Under the pieces are notes generated by a model. It was not told where the DNA came from and did no database searches. It saw only the letters and a list, made by a program, of their open reading frames with translations. Position numbers and translations under genes: made by a program. Below, piece by piece: positions 36,072 through 45,440 of a stretch of DNA of 64,000 nucleotides; the stretch's first letter is position 1, and each line of letters starts with the position of its first letter. Location of the stretch: positions 1-64,000 of IMG/VR virus record IMGVR_UViG_3300050821_008607; one strand, given 5' to 3'. The DNA comes from a virus.

Positions 36072-36518
36072 CTAGGTGATCAGGCCGGGGACGTACAACT
36101 GCGCCGTCCAGTCCGCGTGTGACGCCGTGTGCGCCCCGCCGTGCCCACGGTGATGAAACGGGCACAACCAGCGGAACTCCCCAGGAGACGACTCTAGCCA
36201 GGCCGCGATCTCCTCGGCGGTCGCGTGCTCGCTGATCTCCGGGAAGTCCTTGTGCAGGGCGTGCGGATCGGCGGCGTTGGCCGTCGCGAACTCCAGCACG
36301 GCATGGTGGAGTTCCAGCGGGCCGACAGCGCAGTGCTCGGCGCCGACGCGCTCACCGACGTAGCAGACCGCCCCGGCGAGGTGGTGCCGCCGGAAGGCGT
36401 TGAACGCCCCGTAGTGTGGATCATGGGCCCGGGGGGCGTGGTCCGGGAAATGCATGACGTACCGGTGCGTCTCCGACTGCGGATGCGCAGCGACGACATC
36501 GGGCTCGGGTGTGCTCAT
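36072..36518 (-). CDS. His-rich HNH-like protein
   Basis: C...C..PLELHH..LEF...WLCPFHHRG.GG.H. Confidence 0.7.
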   Translation of the reverse strand: MSTPEPDVVAAHPQSETHRYVMHFPDHAPRAHDPHYGAFNAFRRHHLAGAVCYVGERVGAEHCAVGPLELHHAVLEFATANAADPHALHKDFPEISEHATAEEIAAWLESSPGEFRWLCPFHHRGHGGAHTASHADWTAQLYVPGLIT

Positions 36519-36584
36519 GAGGGTCTCCGGGGGTGGGCGGCAGAAAGCCCCGGCCAGCAGGCACGGGGCGAGAGGTGGGGTGGG

Positions 36585-36932
36585 TCAGCGGCTCTGGTGT
36601 CGGTCTTCCGGCCACGCTCCATGCAGATGGAGAGCGTGGATCTCGCCGACCTGGGCGACGACCGCGGCCATCTCCTCGCGGTGCGCCGCCAACTCCGAGG
36701 CGTGCGCCTCCTGGCGGCCGACCAGCTCGCGGTGCGCGGCCATCCGCTCGTCGTGCTGCCGGTCCTGCCGGTGACGCGTCAGCAGATGGGAGGCGATCAG
36801 GCCCGGGGTGATGATGATGAACTGGGCCTCCACATTGCCCTGCACCTCGGCCAGGCGCGCCACCAGCAGGTACACGTCGTACGCCAGCAGCAGGGCCAGC
36901 ACCGGCAGCCAGCGGAGCAGAGTGCGCCTCAC
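36585..36932 (-). CDS. Membrane protein, possible holin
   Basis: One or two hydrophobic helices plus coiled coil, in lysis cassette. Confidence 0.6.
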   Translation of the reverse strand: MRRTLLRWLPVLALLLAYDVYLLVARLAEVQGNVEAQFIIITPGLIASHLLTRHRQDRQHDERMAAHRELVGRQEAHASELAAHREEMAAVVAQVGEIHALHLHGAWPEDRHQSR

Positions 36933-37198
36933 GACGCCTCCCGGTGCGCGGCATGCGCCCGCTCGACCGTCAACGGCCCATCGGGATGGTGACGCCGGCA
37001 CAGCACAGCACCCGCCGCGGTCTGATGCCGACCCAAGCGCGGGCAGCGCACGATCTCGCAGTTGTGGCGCCGGTAGATACTCACCAGGCCGCCGACGATC
37101 GCCAGCTCACCCAGATCCGCACCAGCGCCCGACCACCACAGGTAGGCCCGGCCCGACGCGTCATCCAGGCCCAGGACGTGCAGCAGGACATGCATCAC
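36929..37198 (-). CDS. Membrane-anchored Cys/His protein
   Basis: YLWWSG.G.DLGELAI.GG...HNC...C.RLGRH......LCRRHHP. Confidence 0.65.
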   Translation of the reverse strand: MMHVLLHVLGLDDASGRAYLWWSGAGADLGELAIVGGLVSIYRRHNCEIVRCPRLGRHQTAAGAVLCRRHHPDGPLTVERAHAAHREAS

Positions 37199-37956
37199 GG
37201 CCTCCCCGGACCCGTCGACACTGCGGTACCCGAACGGTGCACCACGGAGGTCTTCGGCGTCGTCGCGGACTGCGACGGGCTGGGGCCGGGCGTCGGCGAC
37301 GGGCCCGTACCTGACTGCGCCGTGCAGACGTAGTGCGTTGAACCCGCCGAGTCCGGGACGCAGTTGTAGACCGTGCCGTCGGACGCCGTCCATGTCCAAC
37401 CCGACGGCGCCGGGCCAGTGGCCCCCGCCGGCCCGGACGGACCGCCGCCGCCCTGGGGGCCTGCGGGCCCTGGACTTCCAGCAGGACCAGCCGCTCCCGT
37501 CGCACCGGCCGGCCCAGGGACCGTCGAGTCCGCCCCTGGCGCGCCTCGGGCACCCACCGGACCGGGCGGACCGGTCGGCCCTGGGCTGGGGTGCACCATC
37601 GTCGCGACCAACGCGGCAATCGCCTGAGGGTCGGGCGAGACGCCGTCCTTGCCCGCAGGCCCCTGCGGGCCGACGATGCTCTGACCAGCCGCGCCCGTCG
37701 CACCCGGCACGCCTTGCACGATTGTCGTCGCAGGCGGGGCTTTCGGTGTCACGCCATGCTGCTGCAACTGGGTGCGTGTCGTATCCAGGGCTGCGCCGAG
37801 CTTCGTCGTCGCCGTCTGCTGCGCGTTCAGGCTCGCCTGCAGGGCCAGCTGTCGATCCACGATGTACGCGCAGCCCAACAGGAACAGCGCCACCACGACA
37901 GCCCACAGCAGAGACTCAGGCCGGCGCCGGCGTTGCGCGGGGACTGGAGCAGTCAC
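37195..37956 (-). CDS. Membrane-anchored collagen-like protein
   Basis: N-terminal TM, coiled coil, Gly-X-Y repeats, C-terminal two-Cys domain. Confidence 0.8.
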   Translation of the reverse strand: MTAPVPAQRRRRPESLLWAVVVALFLLGCAYIVDRQLALQASLNAQQTATTKLGAALDTTRTQLQQHGVTPKAPPATTIVQGVPGATGAAGQSIVGPQGPAGKDGVSPDPQAIAALVATMVHPSPGPTGPPGPVGARGAPGADSTVPGPAGATGAAGPAGSPGPAGPQGGGGPSGPAGATGPAPSGWTWTASDGTVYNCVPDSAGSTHYVCTAQSGTGPSPTPGPSPSQSATTPKTSVVHRSGTAVSTGPGRP

Positions 37957-38345
37957 TTCGCCCCCTTGGAGGTTGCCCACACCGTCACTAGCACGCCCAG
38001 GAACGTCGCCGCCAGCGTCAGCAGCGCGACCCACTTCGTGAACGTCATCGTGGGCCGGGTCGCGTTCACCGTCTCCAGCGCCATGATCCGCCCCAGTGCA
38101 GGGTTGATCACGTCTTCGCGCATCTTCCGCTCGCCCTCGACGCGGTCTCGCTCCAGGCGCCGCGCCAGCTCCGAGGTCGCCCGCTGGTCCGCCTGGTACA
38201 CGTCCATCTGCACCGATTCGGCAGCGACGCGGGTGATTCGCTCGTCCAGGGCCCGATGCTGCTCCGCGCTCTCGCGCCGGTGTTCCTGCAGGCCGCGCTG
38301 CACTTCTCCGAGAGTGAAATCATCCGGCAAAGTCGCCCCCTTCAT
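37953..38345 (-). CDS. Coiled-coil protein with C-terminal TM (lysis-associated)
   Basis: TLGEV.R.L...; KWVALLTLAATFLGVLVTVW. Confidence 0.75.
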   Translation of the reverse strand: MKGATLPDDFTLGEVQRGLQEHRRESAEQHRALDERITRVAAESVQMDVYQADQRATSELARRLERDRVEGERKMREDVINPALGRIMALETVNATRPTMTFTKWVALLTLAATFLGVLVTVWATSKGAK

Positions 38346-38369
38346 GCGGACAGCAGTGGGGCAGAGCGG

Positions 38370-40691
38370 TCAGAGGAGCTGGGTGACGCCGAGCGGCGGC
38401 CACGGTGCACCCGTCGTCGGATAGTCCACGACCGCCGCCGAACTGAACGACCCGACGCACTCCGGCGACAGCACCAGCACCACATCCGAGCAGTACAGGA
38501 GGTTCGTAGCCCCCGGCGAACTGTTCTCCGTCGGCAGCACCTGCCCGAACGCCGCCGTGGCTGGCGCCTCGGCGTATGCCTGGACGTGGGTCCACACGCC
38601 GGTCGACAGGTTCACGGTCGCGCCACCCGTCGTGGAGAGGTAGCCGCCGTTGCGGTCGAACCAGTTGACGTTCAGGGAGAAGTTCGCCCACCCGGTCGGC
38701 GAGTAGAACCAGCCGTCAGCCAGGTACCACTGCGAGGCGCCGTAGAACGGGCCGCCGCCCTGCCGGATCGGGATCTGCTCGCTAGCGGCGAAAGCCTGGG
38801 TGAAGCCGCCCGTCGGCGTCAGCAGGCCCGAGAACGCGAACCCGCCGTGGGTCTGCGCGCTGGACCGGGTGAGCGTGCCGTTCGTCGCCGTCCACGGCGA
38901 GGTCGTGGTCGCGAACGTCGGGTTGGCGTTCAGCGGATTGTTCGGCATCAGCGTCGTCTCGGTGTGCCCGAGCAGCAGGCCGGTGGTCGACGCGTACTCC
39001 ATCGTCGTCCACCGCTGGTTGACGTTGTACGGGCCCACGTCGTCCACGAGGTGCCGCACGTTCGGGTTCACCGACACGTTGTTGTACACCGCCATCGGGA
39101 CCGAGTAGCCGCCGATCGTCGACCACGTGCCGCTGTGCCGAACGCTGTTCTTCGCCGAGTTGGGGAGAGCAGAGTCCAACAGCCCCCACGCCAGGTAGTC
39201 CACGGCGCTCGCCTGCTGGTTCTGCTGCAGCACCACGTGGTACGTGTTGCCGTTCGTCAACCCGGTGGCGTTCAGCGGCACCGACAGCAGCGGCACCGAC
39301 AGTAACGTCGACGACTCCGTCTGCGGCGGCAGGGCGTTCAAGTCCACGGCAACGACGTCGTAGGAGCCCGCGCCGAGGCCGAACGCGAACACGGGGAAGA
39401 ACCTGGTGCCGTTCCAGTTCGACGACACCCAGTTGTCGCCCGGGCCGTCCGCGGTGACGCTCAGTACTGTGACGCTGCTCAGCGACGAGCCGCCGGTGGT
39501 CGCGCCGCCGATGATGACGAGCAGGTCATCCGCTACCGCCAGGTCGAAGCCCGGTCCGAACGCCTGATTGGGCGACGGCAGGGCAGGCCCGGTCTGCCAC
39601 GGCCCCAGAGAGCCGTCCGTGTTGATGGCGGCGTAGTAGACGGTGCCGACCACCGCGAGGCTGTTGTTGAGGCCGCCGATCACGAACAGGAAGCCGTTGA
39701 TGGCGGTGACCATCGGATTGCTGAGCGCCACTGGCAGCGACGGTCCGCTGGTCCACGTGTTGATCTGGCCGTTGACGACAGGCGAGTAGTAGACCGTGGC
39801 GAGGTTGGTGGAGCCGTTGGTGCCGCCGAGGTAGTAGACGAAGCCGTTGTAGCCCGCGGCACCGCCGAACTGGCTCGTGCCGGGCAGGGCGGTCTGGGCG
39901 CTCCAGCTGCCGACGATGCCGTTGTTGGCATCCCAACTCGCCGTCCATACGGTCGCCACGGGCGTGCTGCCGGTGGCGCCGATGCCGCCGCCCATGACCA
40001 CGAGCGTGCCGCCCGCGACGGCGATGGCGGGCCCGTTGTTGCCGACCGGCAGTGACGGCTGCGGCACCGGTGGTGCCAGAGTGCCGCTGCCGACGTACTG
40101 GAAGGTATTGACGGACGGCGACGCGGTAGCGGACGGTGGCTGGCCGCCACCGACCGAGATGATGAAATTCCCCGACACTGTGAACGACGACAGCACCGAC
40201 ACGCCGCCAGCGCCGGCCGTCGGCACCGGGTACGGGTTGGTGGTGACGCCGTGGGTGAGGTACCCCGAGTTGTACTTCGCGGTCGCCAGCGGGCCGCCGC
40301 CGGTCAGTCCGCTCGGGGCGGCAAGCTGGCCGCTCAGCGCGGCCGGCAGCATCGTGGCCGCGAGAGCCCCGGCGGCAAGGTTGGGTGAGCCGCCACTGTC
40401 GGAGTACAGGGACACCAGCAGATCGGCGCCGTTCCCGACGGGCTTGACGGGGATCGTCACACGGCTGACGGCGGTACCGGACAGGACGAACGACTGCGCC
40501 AAGTCGAAGCCGTCGCCGTAGGTCACCCACGTGAAGTTGCCGTTGCCACCAGGCGTGAGTACCTGCGTGCCGTCGTAGATCGGCGTGATGCCGTGCGTGC
40601 CCAGGTGCTGGTTGATCTGCGCCGACGCGTTCGTGGCGTCCAGGTTCCCGGGCAGCCCGTTCTGCGCCGCGGACCATGCGGGTGTCGTCAC
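38370..40691 (-). CDS. Tail protein with Kelch repeats and carbohydrate-binding module
   Basis: Repeated VxGG...W...P.LP Kelch blades; NANPTF....SPW.....L.RS....HGG CBM-like domain. Confidence 0.8.
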   Translation of the reverse strand: MTTPAWSAAQNGLPGNLDATNASAQINQHLGTHGITPIYDGTQVLTPGGNGNFTWVTYGDGFDLAQSFVLSGTAVSRVTIPVKPVGNGADLLVSLYSDSGGSPNLAAGALAATMLPAALSGQLAAPSGLTGGGPLATAKYNSGYLTHGVTTNPYPVPTAGAGGVSVLSSFTVSGNFIISVGGGQPPSATASPSVNTFQYVGSGTLAPPVPQPSLPVGNNGPAIAVAGGTLVVMGGGIGATGSTPVATVWTASWDANNGIVGSWSAQTALPGTSQFGGAAGYNGFVYYLGGTNGSTNLATVYYSPVVNGQINTWTSGPSLPVALSNPMVTAINGFLFVIGGLNNSLAVVGTVYYAAINTDGSLGPWQTGPALPSPNQAFGPGFDLAVADDLLVIIGGATTGGSSLSSVTVLSVTADGPGDNWVSSNWNGTRFFPVFAFGLGAGSYDVVAVDLNALPPQTESSTLLSVPLLSVPLNATGLTNGNTYHVVLQQNQQASAVDYLAWGLLDSALPNSAKNSVRHSGTWSTIGGYSVPMAVYNNVSVNPNVRHLVDDVGPYNVNQRWTTMEYASTTGLLLGHTETTLMPNNPLNANPTFATTTSPWTATNGTLTRSSAQTHGGFAFSGLLTPTGGFTQAFAASEQIPIRQGGGPFYGASQWYLADGWFYSPTGWANFSLNVNWFDRNGGYLSTTGGATVNLSTGVWTHVQAYAEAPATAAFGQVLPTENSSPGATNLLYCSDVVLVLSPECVGSFSSAAVVDYPTTGAPWPPLGVTQLL

Positions 40692-40700
40692 CGGGCCTCC

Positions 40701-41174
40701 TCAGGCATGGACCCACTGCACCGACAGCGAGGTGAGAAGACTGCTCGTCGTGGCCAGCGCCCCGCCGGAGGCCTGGTTGGCGACCAGCTCGATGTAGTCC
40801 GTCGAACCGTTGAACTGCACCAGCCCGGTGACCTGCACGACCGTGTTGGCCACGGCGCCGGCGTTGGTCGTCGACGTCTGCGCCTGGTTCGTGGAACCGT
40901 TCTTGCTGATCTGCGCCACCCGGTAGCCGGTGGCGTTCGCCGCAAAGCTGACCGACCCGTTGATCTCGTACCAGCCGGCCACTTTGGGTGTGACCCTGGT
41001 CGGGTTTCCGGCGCCCCAGGCCGTGTAGTTGTCGAGGACCGGGGTGGACCAGATGATCGCCGTCGAGGTGGTGGAGGCGAGGCTCTGCGACGCGGGGGTG
41101 TTGAGGACCGTCACCGGCGCATTGCGCAGGAACTGGCCGCCGGCGGCATTCAGGATCTCAAGGCTCGATGCCAT
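40701..41174 (-). CDS. Tail fibre/C1q-like beta-sandwich protein
   Basis: NPTRVTPKVAGWYEING.V.F...G.R...I.KNG...FNGSTDYIEL. Confidence 0.7.
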   Translation of the reverse strand: MASSLEILNAAGGQFLRNAPVTVLNTPASQSLASTTSTAIIWSTPVLDNYTAWGAGNPTRVTPKVAGWYEINGSVSFAANATGYRVAQISKNGSTNQAQTSTTNAGAVANTVVQVTGLVQFNGSTDYIELVANQASGGALATTSSLLTSLSVQWVHA

Positions 41175-41942
41175 CTACGCCACCTTCGTCAGCAGGCCGG
41201 AGGAGTAGGTGAAGGCCCGGTACGACTGGACGTAGGCGTTGGCGCCCTGAGCGGCCGTGTACTCGGCATAGGAGGCGTACTGGTTGATCGCCGCCGCGGT
41301 GGTGTACGTGGAGGCGGTCCACCGCGCCCCCGAGTCCTCCCACGTGGCCGTCAGCAGGCCGGAGGCGGCCTGGTCGAAGACCTGATACCGGAACCCGTAG
41401 GTCTGCGCCGTCCAGGTGGTGCCGTCTGGCGAGGTTGACGCGCCACTCGCCGACGCGGACCGGAACCAGGTGTAGGCCCCGGTGCTCGCGGTCGATGCCA
41501 GGACGAGCCAGTACGTCGTTGCCGCCGTCAGGCCCGTCACAGGCAGCGGGTACACGGTGAAGGTGTTGGTGTTGCCGTTCGCCGTGGACAGGTACGCGTA
41601 TTCGGCGGTCAGCGTGACGCTGCTCAGTGATGCGCCGGATGGGGCGCTGCCGCTGTTGGCGTACAGGCTCAGCGTCGTCGGCGTCAGCGACGTACCCGAT
41701 GTCATCGTGGTGCTGATCGGGGCCAGCACGTAGCCGACCGCCGTTTGGCCGGCCCCCGTGGTGAACGACTGGGCCAGGTACAGGCCGTTGCTGCTCGTCG
41801 TCGCAGCCCCTGAGGTGACGACAGAAGCCTGACTCGTCGCCGCATACAGGTAGGTGGTCGGGTGCGTGGTCAGGAACTGGTTGACCTGCTGGGCCAGCGG
41901 GGACTGCCCCGGGGCGGCCCCGAGCCAGTTACTGGAGGCCAT
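41175..41942 (-). CDS. Tail protein (paralog of 44685-45437)
   Basis: MASSNWLGAAPGQSPLAQQVNQFL...Y..GLLT.V; TGATG overlap. Confidence 0.75.
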   Translation of the reverse strand: MASSNWLGAAPGQSPLAQQVNQFLTTHPTTYLYAATSQASVVTSGAATTSSNGLYLAQSFTTGAGQTAVGYVLAPISTTMTSGTSLTPTTLSLYANSGSAPSGASLSSVTLTAEYAYLSTANGNTNTFTVYPLPVTGLTAATTYWLVLASTASTGAYTWFRSASASGASTSPDGTTWTAQTYGFRYQVFDQAASGLLTATWEDSGARWTASTYTTAAAINQYASYAEYTAAQGANAYVQSYRAFTYSSGLLTKVA

Positions 41943-44683
41943 CAGGTGAGCCCGACCCAGAACGGCACGTTCAGGGACACGTTGCTGGCCGGGGTGATCG
42001 ACCCCGCCAGTGCCGTGGTCGCGGTGCCGTTGGTGGCGAACCGGTTGCGGGCCGCCGTGGTAGTGCCGTTGTAGAGGGTGGCGTCGAGCGAGTTGTTGTT
42101 CTTCGCGAAGGCCGGTGGCGTGGTGCCGACGGAGAAGAACGCCACCCAGTAGTAGCCGGGCGGCAGCGTGAACGGGCCGCCGGTCAGGGCCATGGACTTG
42201 CGGCCGGTGGAGTTCCAACTGCTGGACTGGCTCGCGGTGGTGGCTACCAGGGTGCCCGCCGAGTTGTAGATCCCGGCGAAACTCTGGCCTGCGGTGAGGG
42301 TGGATCCAGCCGTCACGACGTACAGGACCACGTTGGTCACCGAGATGGGCTGCGGCACCAGCACCTTCACCAGGTTGACGACCCCCGACCCCGGGGCAAT
42401 GCCGGTACCCGAGACCAGCACCGAGTCGAACGACCACGCCAGGTACCCGCTGTCGTTGGGCAGCGCGGTGAAGTTGGCCGACTGGATGGGGCCGCCGGTG
42501 ATGGTGCCGTCGGTGGCGAAGTTCCACACACCAGTGCCGGTGTTGTTGCTCAGCGTCTGGGCCCGGTTGTTGGTGAGGATGACGCCGCTGGCACCGTTCA
42601 GGTTGATGAACGGGTGGCCGGTGAAGGTGCCCGGGATGTCGCGGACGTCGTACTGCGAGACCTCGGTCTGCAGGCAGGTGGCTTCCAGGTAGACGTCCCA
42701 TGTCGCGGCGCCGTCGGGTCCCTGCAGGTCCCTGCCGCAGGACCGGATGACGGTGTTGGTGGAGGGCCACGTCGAGTTGGTGGCCTGCCCGATGTAGAAC
42801 AGGCTGTTGCCGACGGTGGCCCCGGTGAAGATGTCGTAGGACCGGCAGTTCTCGAAGACCACCCCCTGTCCGGATAGGGACTTAACGGCGCCACCGAACG
42901 GGTGCTCGAAATAGCAGTCCCGGAACGCGTTCTGCTCGTGGTAGGTACGTGCCGAGCTGCCGGAGTCGGCCTGGATCAGCACCAGGTACTGGCTGGTGTC
43001 CAGGCCCACGTTCTGGAACAGGCAGTGGTCCCAGGTCAGGTTGGCCACGTCCGCGGTGGAGATGCCCGTGACCGACCAGCCCGGAACGGACCGCGTGGCC
43101 CCGTACACGCTGGAGATGATGTTCTCGAACTTGACCCACAGCAGGGTCCCGGACGAGTTCCACACGCTCTTGTTCGCGGAGCGGGCGTAGCACACCAGGT
43201 CGTGGAAGCTGCCCTGGTTGATGTTGGCGCCGGTGAAGCAGTGGCCGCCCGTGGCGTCCAGGACCAGGTGGTCGACCTCGACGAACCCTGGCTGGCTGCT
43301 GTAGCCGGGGTGCATGTAGTTGCTGCCGAAGTCGAAGATGTCCGTCGCGGTGGTCTTCAACGTGCTGCCGTAGTCGCCGGTGAAGCGCAGGCCCACCGTG
43401 GGCTTCAGCGAGGTGCCGAGCAGGTAGGTGCCGGCCGGGAAATAGATGACGCCACGGCCGCCGGTGACCACAGTGGTGGCCGCGTTGATCGCGGCTTGAA
43501 TCGCGGCACTGTCGTTGGCGACCCCGTCACCCACGGCCCCGTAGGTCTTGACGTTGAGCCAAGCGGTGCCGGAGACAGCGCCGGGGACCTGCCACGCCCC
43601 GTTGCCCGAGGCGTCGGAGGTGAAGACACTTCCGGTAGCGGCACCCGTGGGGAGCTTGAGCGTGCCCGTCACGGTGGCGTTGCCGGTGACCGTGCTGAGG
43701 ACGGTGCCGCCGCCGTTGTACAGGTATCCGCCACGGGCGGACCCGGTGACGGTGATGTTGCCGAGCTCGTGCAGGGTGCCCGAGTAGATCTCGATGTTGT
43801 GCGACGGCATGTTCGTCAGCGAGTCGTTGCCGAACGTTGTCGCGTGGACCGTCAGTTCGCCGCTGGCCGACATCTGGATGTTCGGGTACGTGTTGTCCGT
43901 GGCCTGGCTGTTGGAGTGGACCATGCAGCCGACGACGGTGACCCCGGTGACCGTGTCGCCCACGTAGATGCCGTGCTTCTGGTTGCGGTCGACGCCGCAG
44001 TTGACCACGGACACCATCTGCACGCCGCTGTTGATGTTGATGCCGGTACCGGTCGAGGACCAGATGTCACAGTTCGCCAGGTGGGCGACCCAGCCGACGC
44101 CGCCGATGTTGACGCCGTCGTTCCCGGACAGGCCGATCAGGCATGCGTCCAGGCCGGTGTCGGAGCCGTTCAGGCTGACGCCGTTGTGCGTCGACTGCAC
44201 GATCCACGTGCGCTGCACCTTCACGGCCTGGCGGCCGGAGCCGATCTGGATCCCGTCAAAGGCTGCGCCGGTGAGGTAGCAGTCCACGATGTGCCAGGCA
44301 GTGTCCTGGCTGGTGGCAGTGTCGAGGTGGATCAGGTCGCCACTGGAGTTGTTGGCCTTGTTGCCGTCCAGGCCCAGGTTGCGGATCTGGACGTTGGCGA
44401 TACCCGCGGCACCGTGGATCAGGTGGTCGTTGAGGCCATTCTTGGCCTTGAGAACGCTGGCCTGCCCCGGCGGAGTCGGGTACGTGTAGTTGGACTGCTC
44501 GGAGCCCATCAGTACCGTGCCGATGCGCGGCTCCAGGCGTCCCGTCAGGTACGTGCCCGGCGGGAAGTACACCGGCGGCCCGGCCGCGTTGATGGCGGCC
44601 TGAATAGCCGCAGTGTCATCCGTGACCCCGTCCCCGGCAGCCCCGTAGTCCTGCGGCGTGATGAAACCGGCAAGAAACGACAC
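41942..44683 (-). CDS. Tail spike with two pectate-lyase-like beta-helix domains
   Basis: Two copies of YGA.GDGV.DD.AAIQAAINAA...YFP.GTYL. Confidence 0.85.
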   Translation of the reverse strand: MSFLAGFITPQDYGAAGDGVTDDTAAIQAAINAAGPPVYFPPGTYLTGRLEPRIGTVLMGSEQSNYTYPTPPGQASVLKAKNGLNDHLIHGAAGIANVQIRNLGLDGNKANNSSGDLIHLDTATSQDTAWHIVDCYLTGAAFDGIQIGSGRQAVKVQRTWIVQSTHNGVSLNGSDTGLDACLIGLSGNDGVNIGGVGWVAHLANCDIWSSTGTGININSGVQMVSVVNCGVDRNQKHGIYVGDTVTGVTVVGCMVHSNSQATDNTYPNIQMSASGELTVHATTFGNDSLTNMPSHNIEIYSGTLHELGNITVTGSARGGYLYNGGGTVLSTVTGNATVTGTLKLPTGAATGSVFTSDASGNGAWQVPGAVSGTAWLNVKTYGAVGDGVANDSAAIQAAINAATTVVTGGRGVIYFPAGTYLLGTSLKPTVGLRFTGDYGSTLKTTATDIFDFGSNYMHPGYSSQPGFVEVDHLVLDATGGHCFTGANINQGSFHDLVCYARSANKSVWNSSGTLLWVKFENIISSVYGATRSVPGWSVTGISTADVANLTWDHCLFQNVGLDTSQYLVLIQADSGSSARTYHEQNAFRDCYFEHPFGGAVKSLSGQGVVFENCRSYDIFTGATVGNSLFYIGQATNSTWPSTNTVIRSCGRDLQGPDGAATWDVYLEATCLQTEVSQYDVRDIPGTFTGHPFINLNGASGVILTNNRAQTLSNNTGTGVWNFATDGTITGGPIQSANFTALPNDSGYLAWSFDSVLVSGTGIAPGSGVVNLVKVLVPQPISVTNVVLYVVTAGSTLTAGQSFAGIYNSAGTLVATTASQSSSWNSTGRKSMALTGGPFTLPPGYYWVAFFSVGTTPPAFAKNNNSLDATLYNGTTTAARNRFATNGTATTALAGSITPASNVSLNVPFWVGLT

Positions 44684-44684
44684 G

Positions 44685-45437
44685 TCAGCTCACCCCCGTC
44701 AGCAGGCCGTTGGAATAGGACAATGTCCGCGACGAAGAGACGTAACTGCCGTCCTGCGCGACCGTGTATTCAGTGACCTGCGAAATACGGTTCGACGTGT
44801 CGTAGGCGAAAGTAGTGATGCGGGCCCCGCTGTCATCGGAGATCGATTGCAGGAGTGTGCCGCCCGACTGGTCGAACACCTGGTACATCAGCCCGTACGG
44901 CACACCCGTCCACGTCGCCCCGTCCGGTGACGTGGCCGCGCCCGTCCCGGCGTTGGAGTGCTGCCACACGTAGTAGTGGCTGGCGGAGCCGACGAGCGCC
45001 GTCACCACGTGGTACGGGGTGCTCGGCGTGAGCCCAGAGGCGGCCAGCGGCACCACCGCCCAGAACGGCGCCGCATAGACGTAGTTGCCGCCCAGGGCCG
45101 TGGACGCCAGTGCGGGCCCCGCGGGGAGTCCGGCCGCGTCCGCGTACAGGCTCACCTGCAGCGGCGGGATCAGGTTCAGGGTCGGCGAGCCGCCCACCGC
45201 TGCGACCTGGAGCTGCAGGCTGCCGATCGTGGTCTGCGACGCCCCGGTGGTGATCCTCTGCGTGAGCCACTGGGCGCGGGTGTCCGAGTACACCCCGGTG
45301 CCGGTGGTCTGCGACGACACCGCCGCGCCGCCCGAGTACACGAACGTCGAGGTGTGCGCGGCCAGGAACTGGTTCACCTGCCCGGCCCGCGAGGACTGCC
45401 CCGCGGTGGCCGCAACATAGCTGGGGACAGCGGACAC
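44685..45437 (-). CDS. Tail protein
   Basis: 250 aa Thr/Ser/Gly-rich beta protein in tail module. Confidence 0.75.
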   Translation of the reverse strand: MSAVPSYVAATAGQSSRAGQVNQFLAAHTSTFVYSGGAAVSSQTTGTGVYSDTRAQWLTQRITTGASQTTIGSLQLQVAAVGGSPTLNLIPPLQVSLYADAAGLPAGPALASTALGGNYVYAAPFWAVVPLAASGLTPSTPYHVVTALVGSASHYYVWQHSNAGTGAATSPDGATWTGVPYGLMYQVFDQSGGTLLQSISDDSGARITTFAYDTSNRISQVTEYTVAQDGSYVSSSRTLSYSNGLLTGVS

Positions 45438-45440
45438 GGA

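Noticed and set aside
37380-37720. Gly-X-Y collagen repeats as a novel repeat system
   Set aside because: Ordinary feature of collagen-like proteins in actinophage lysis regions
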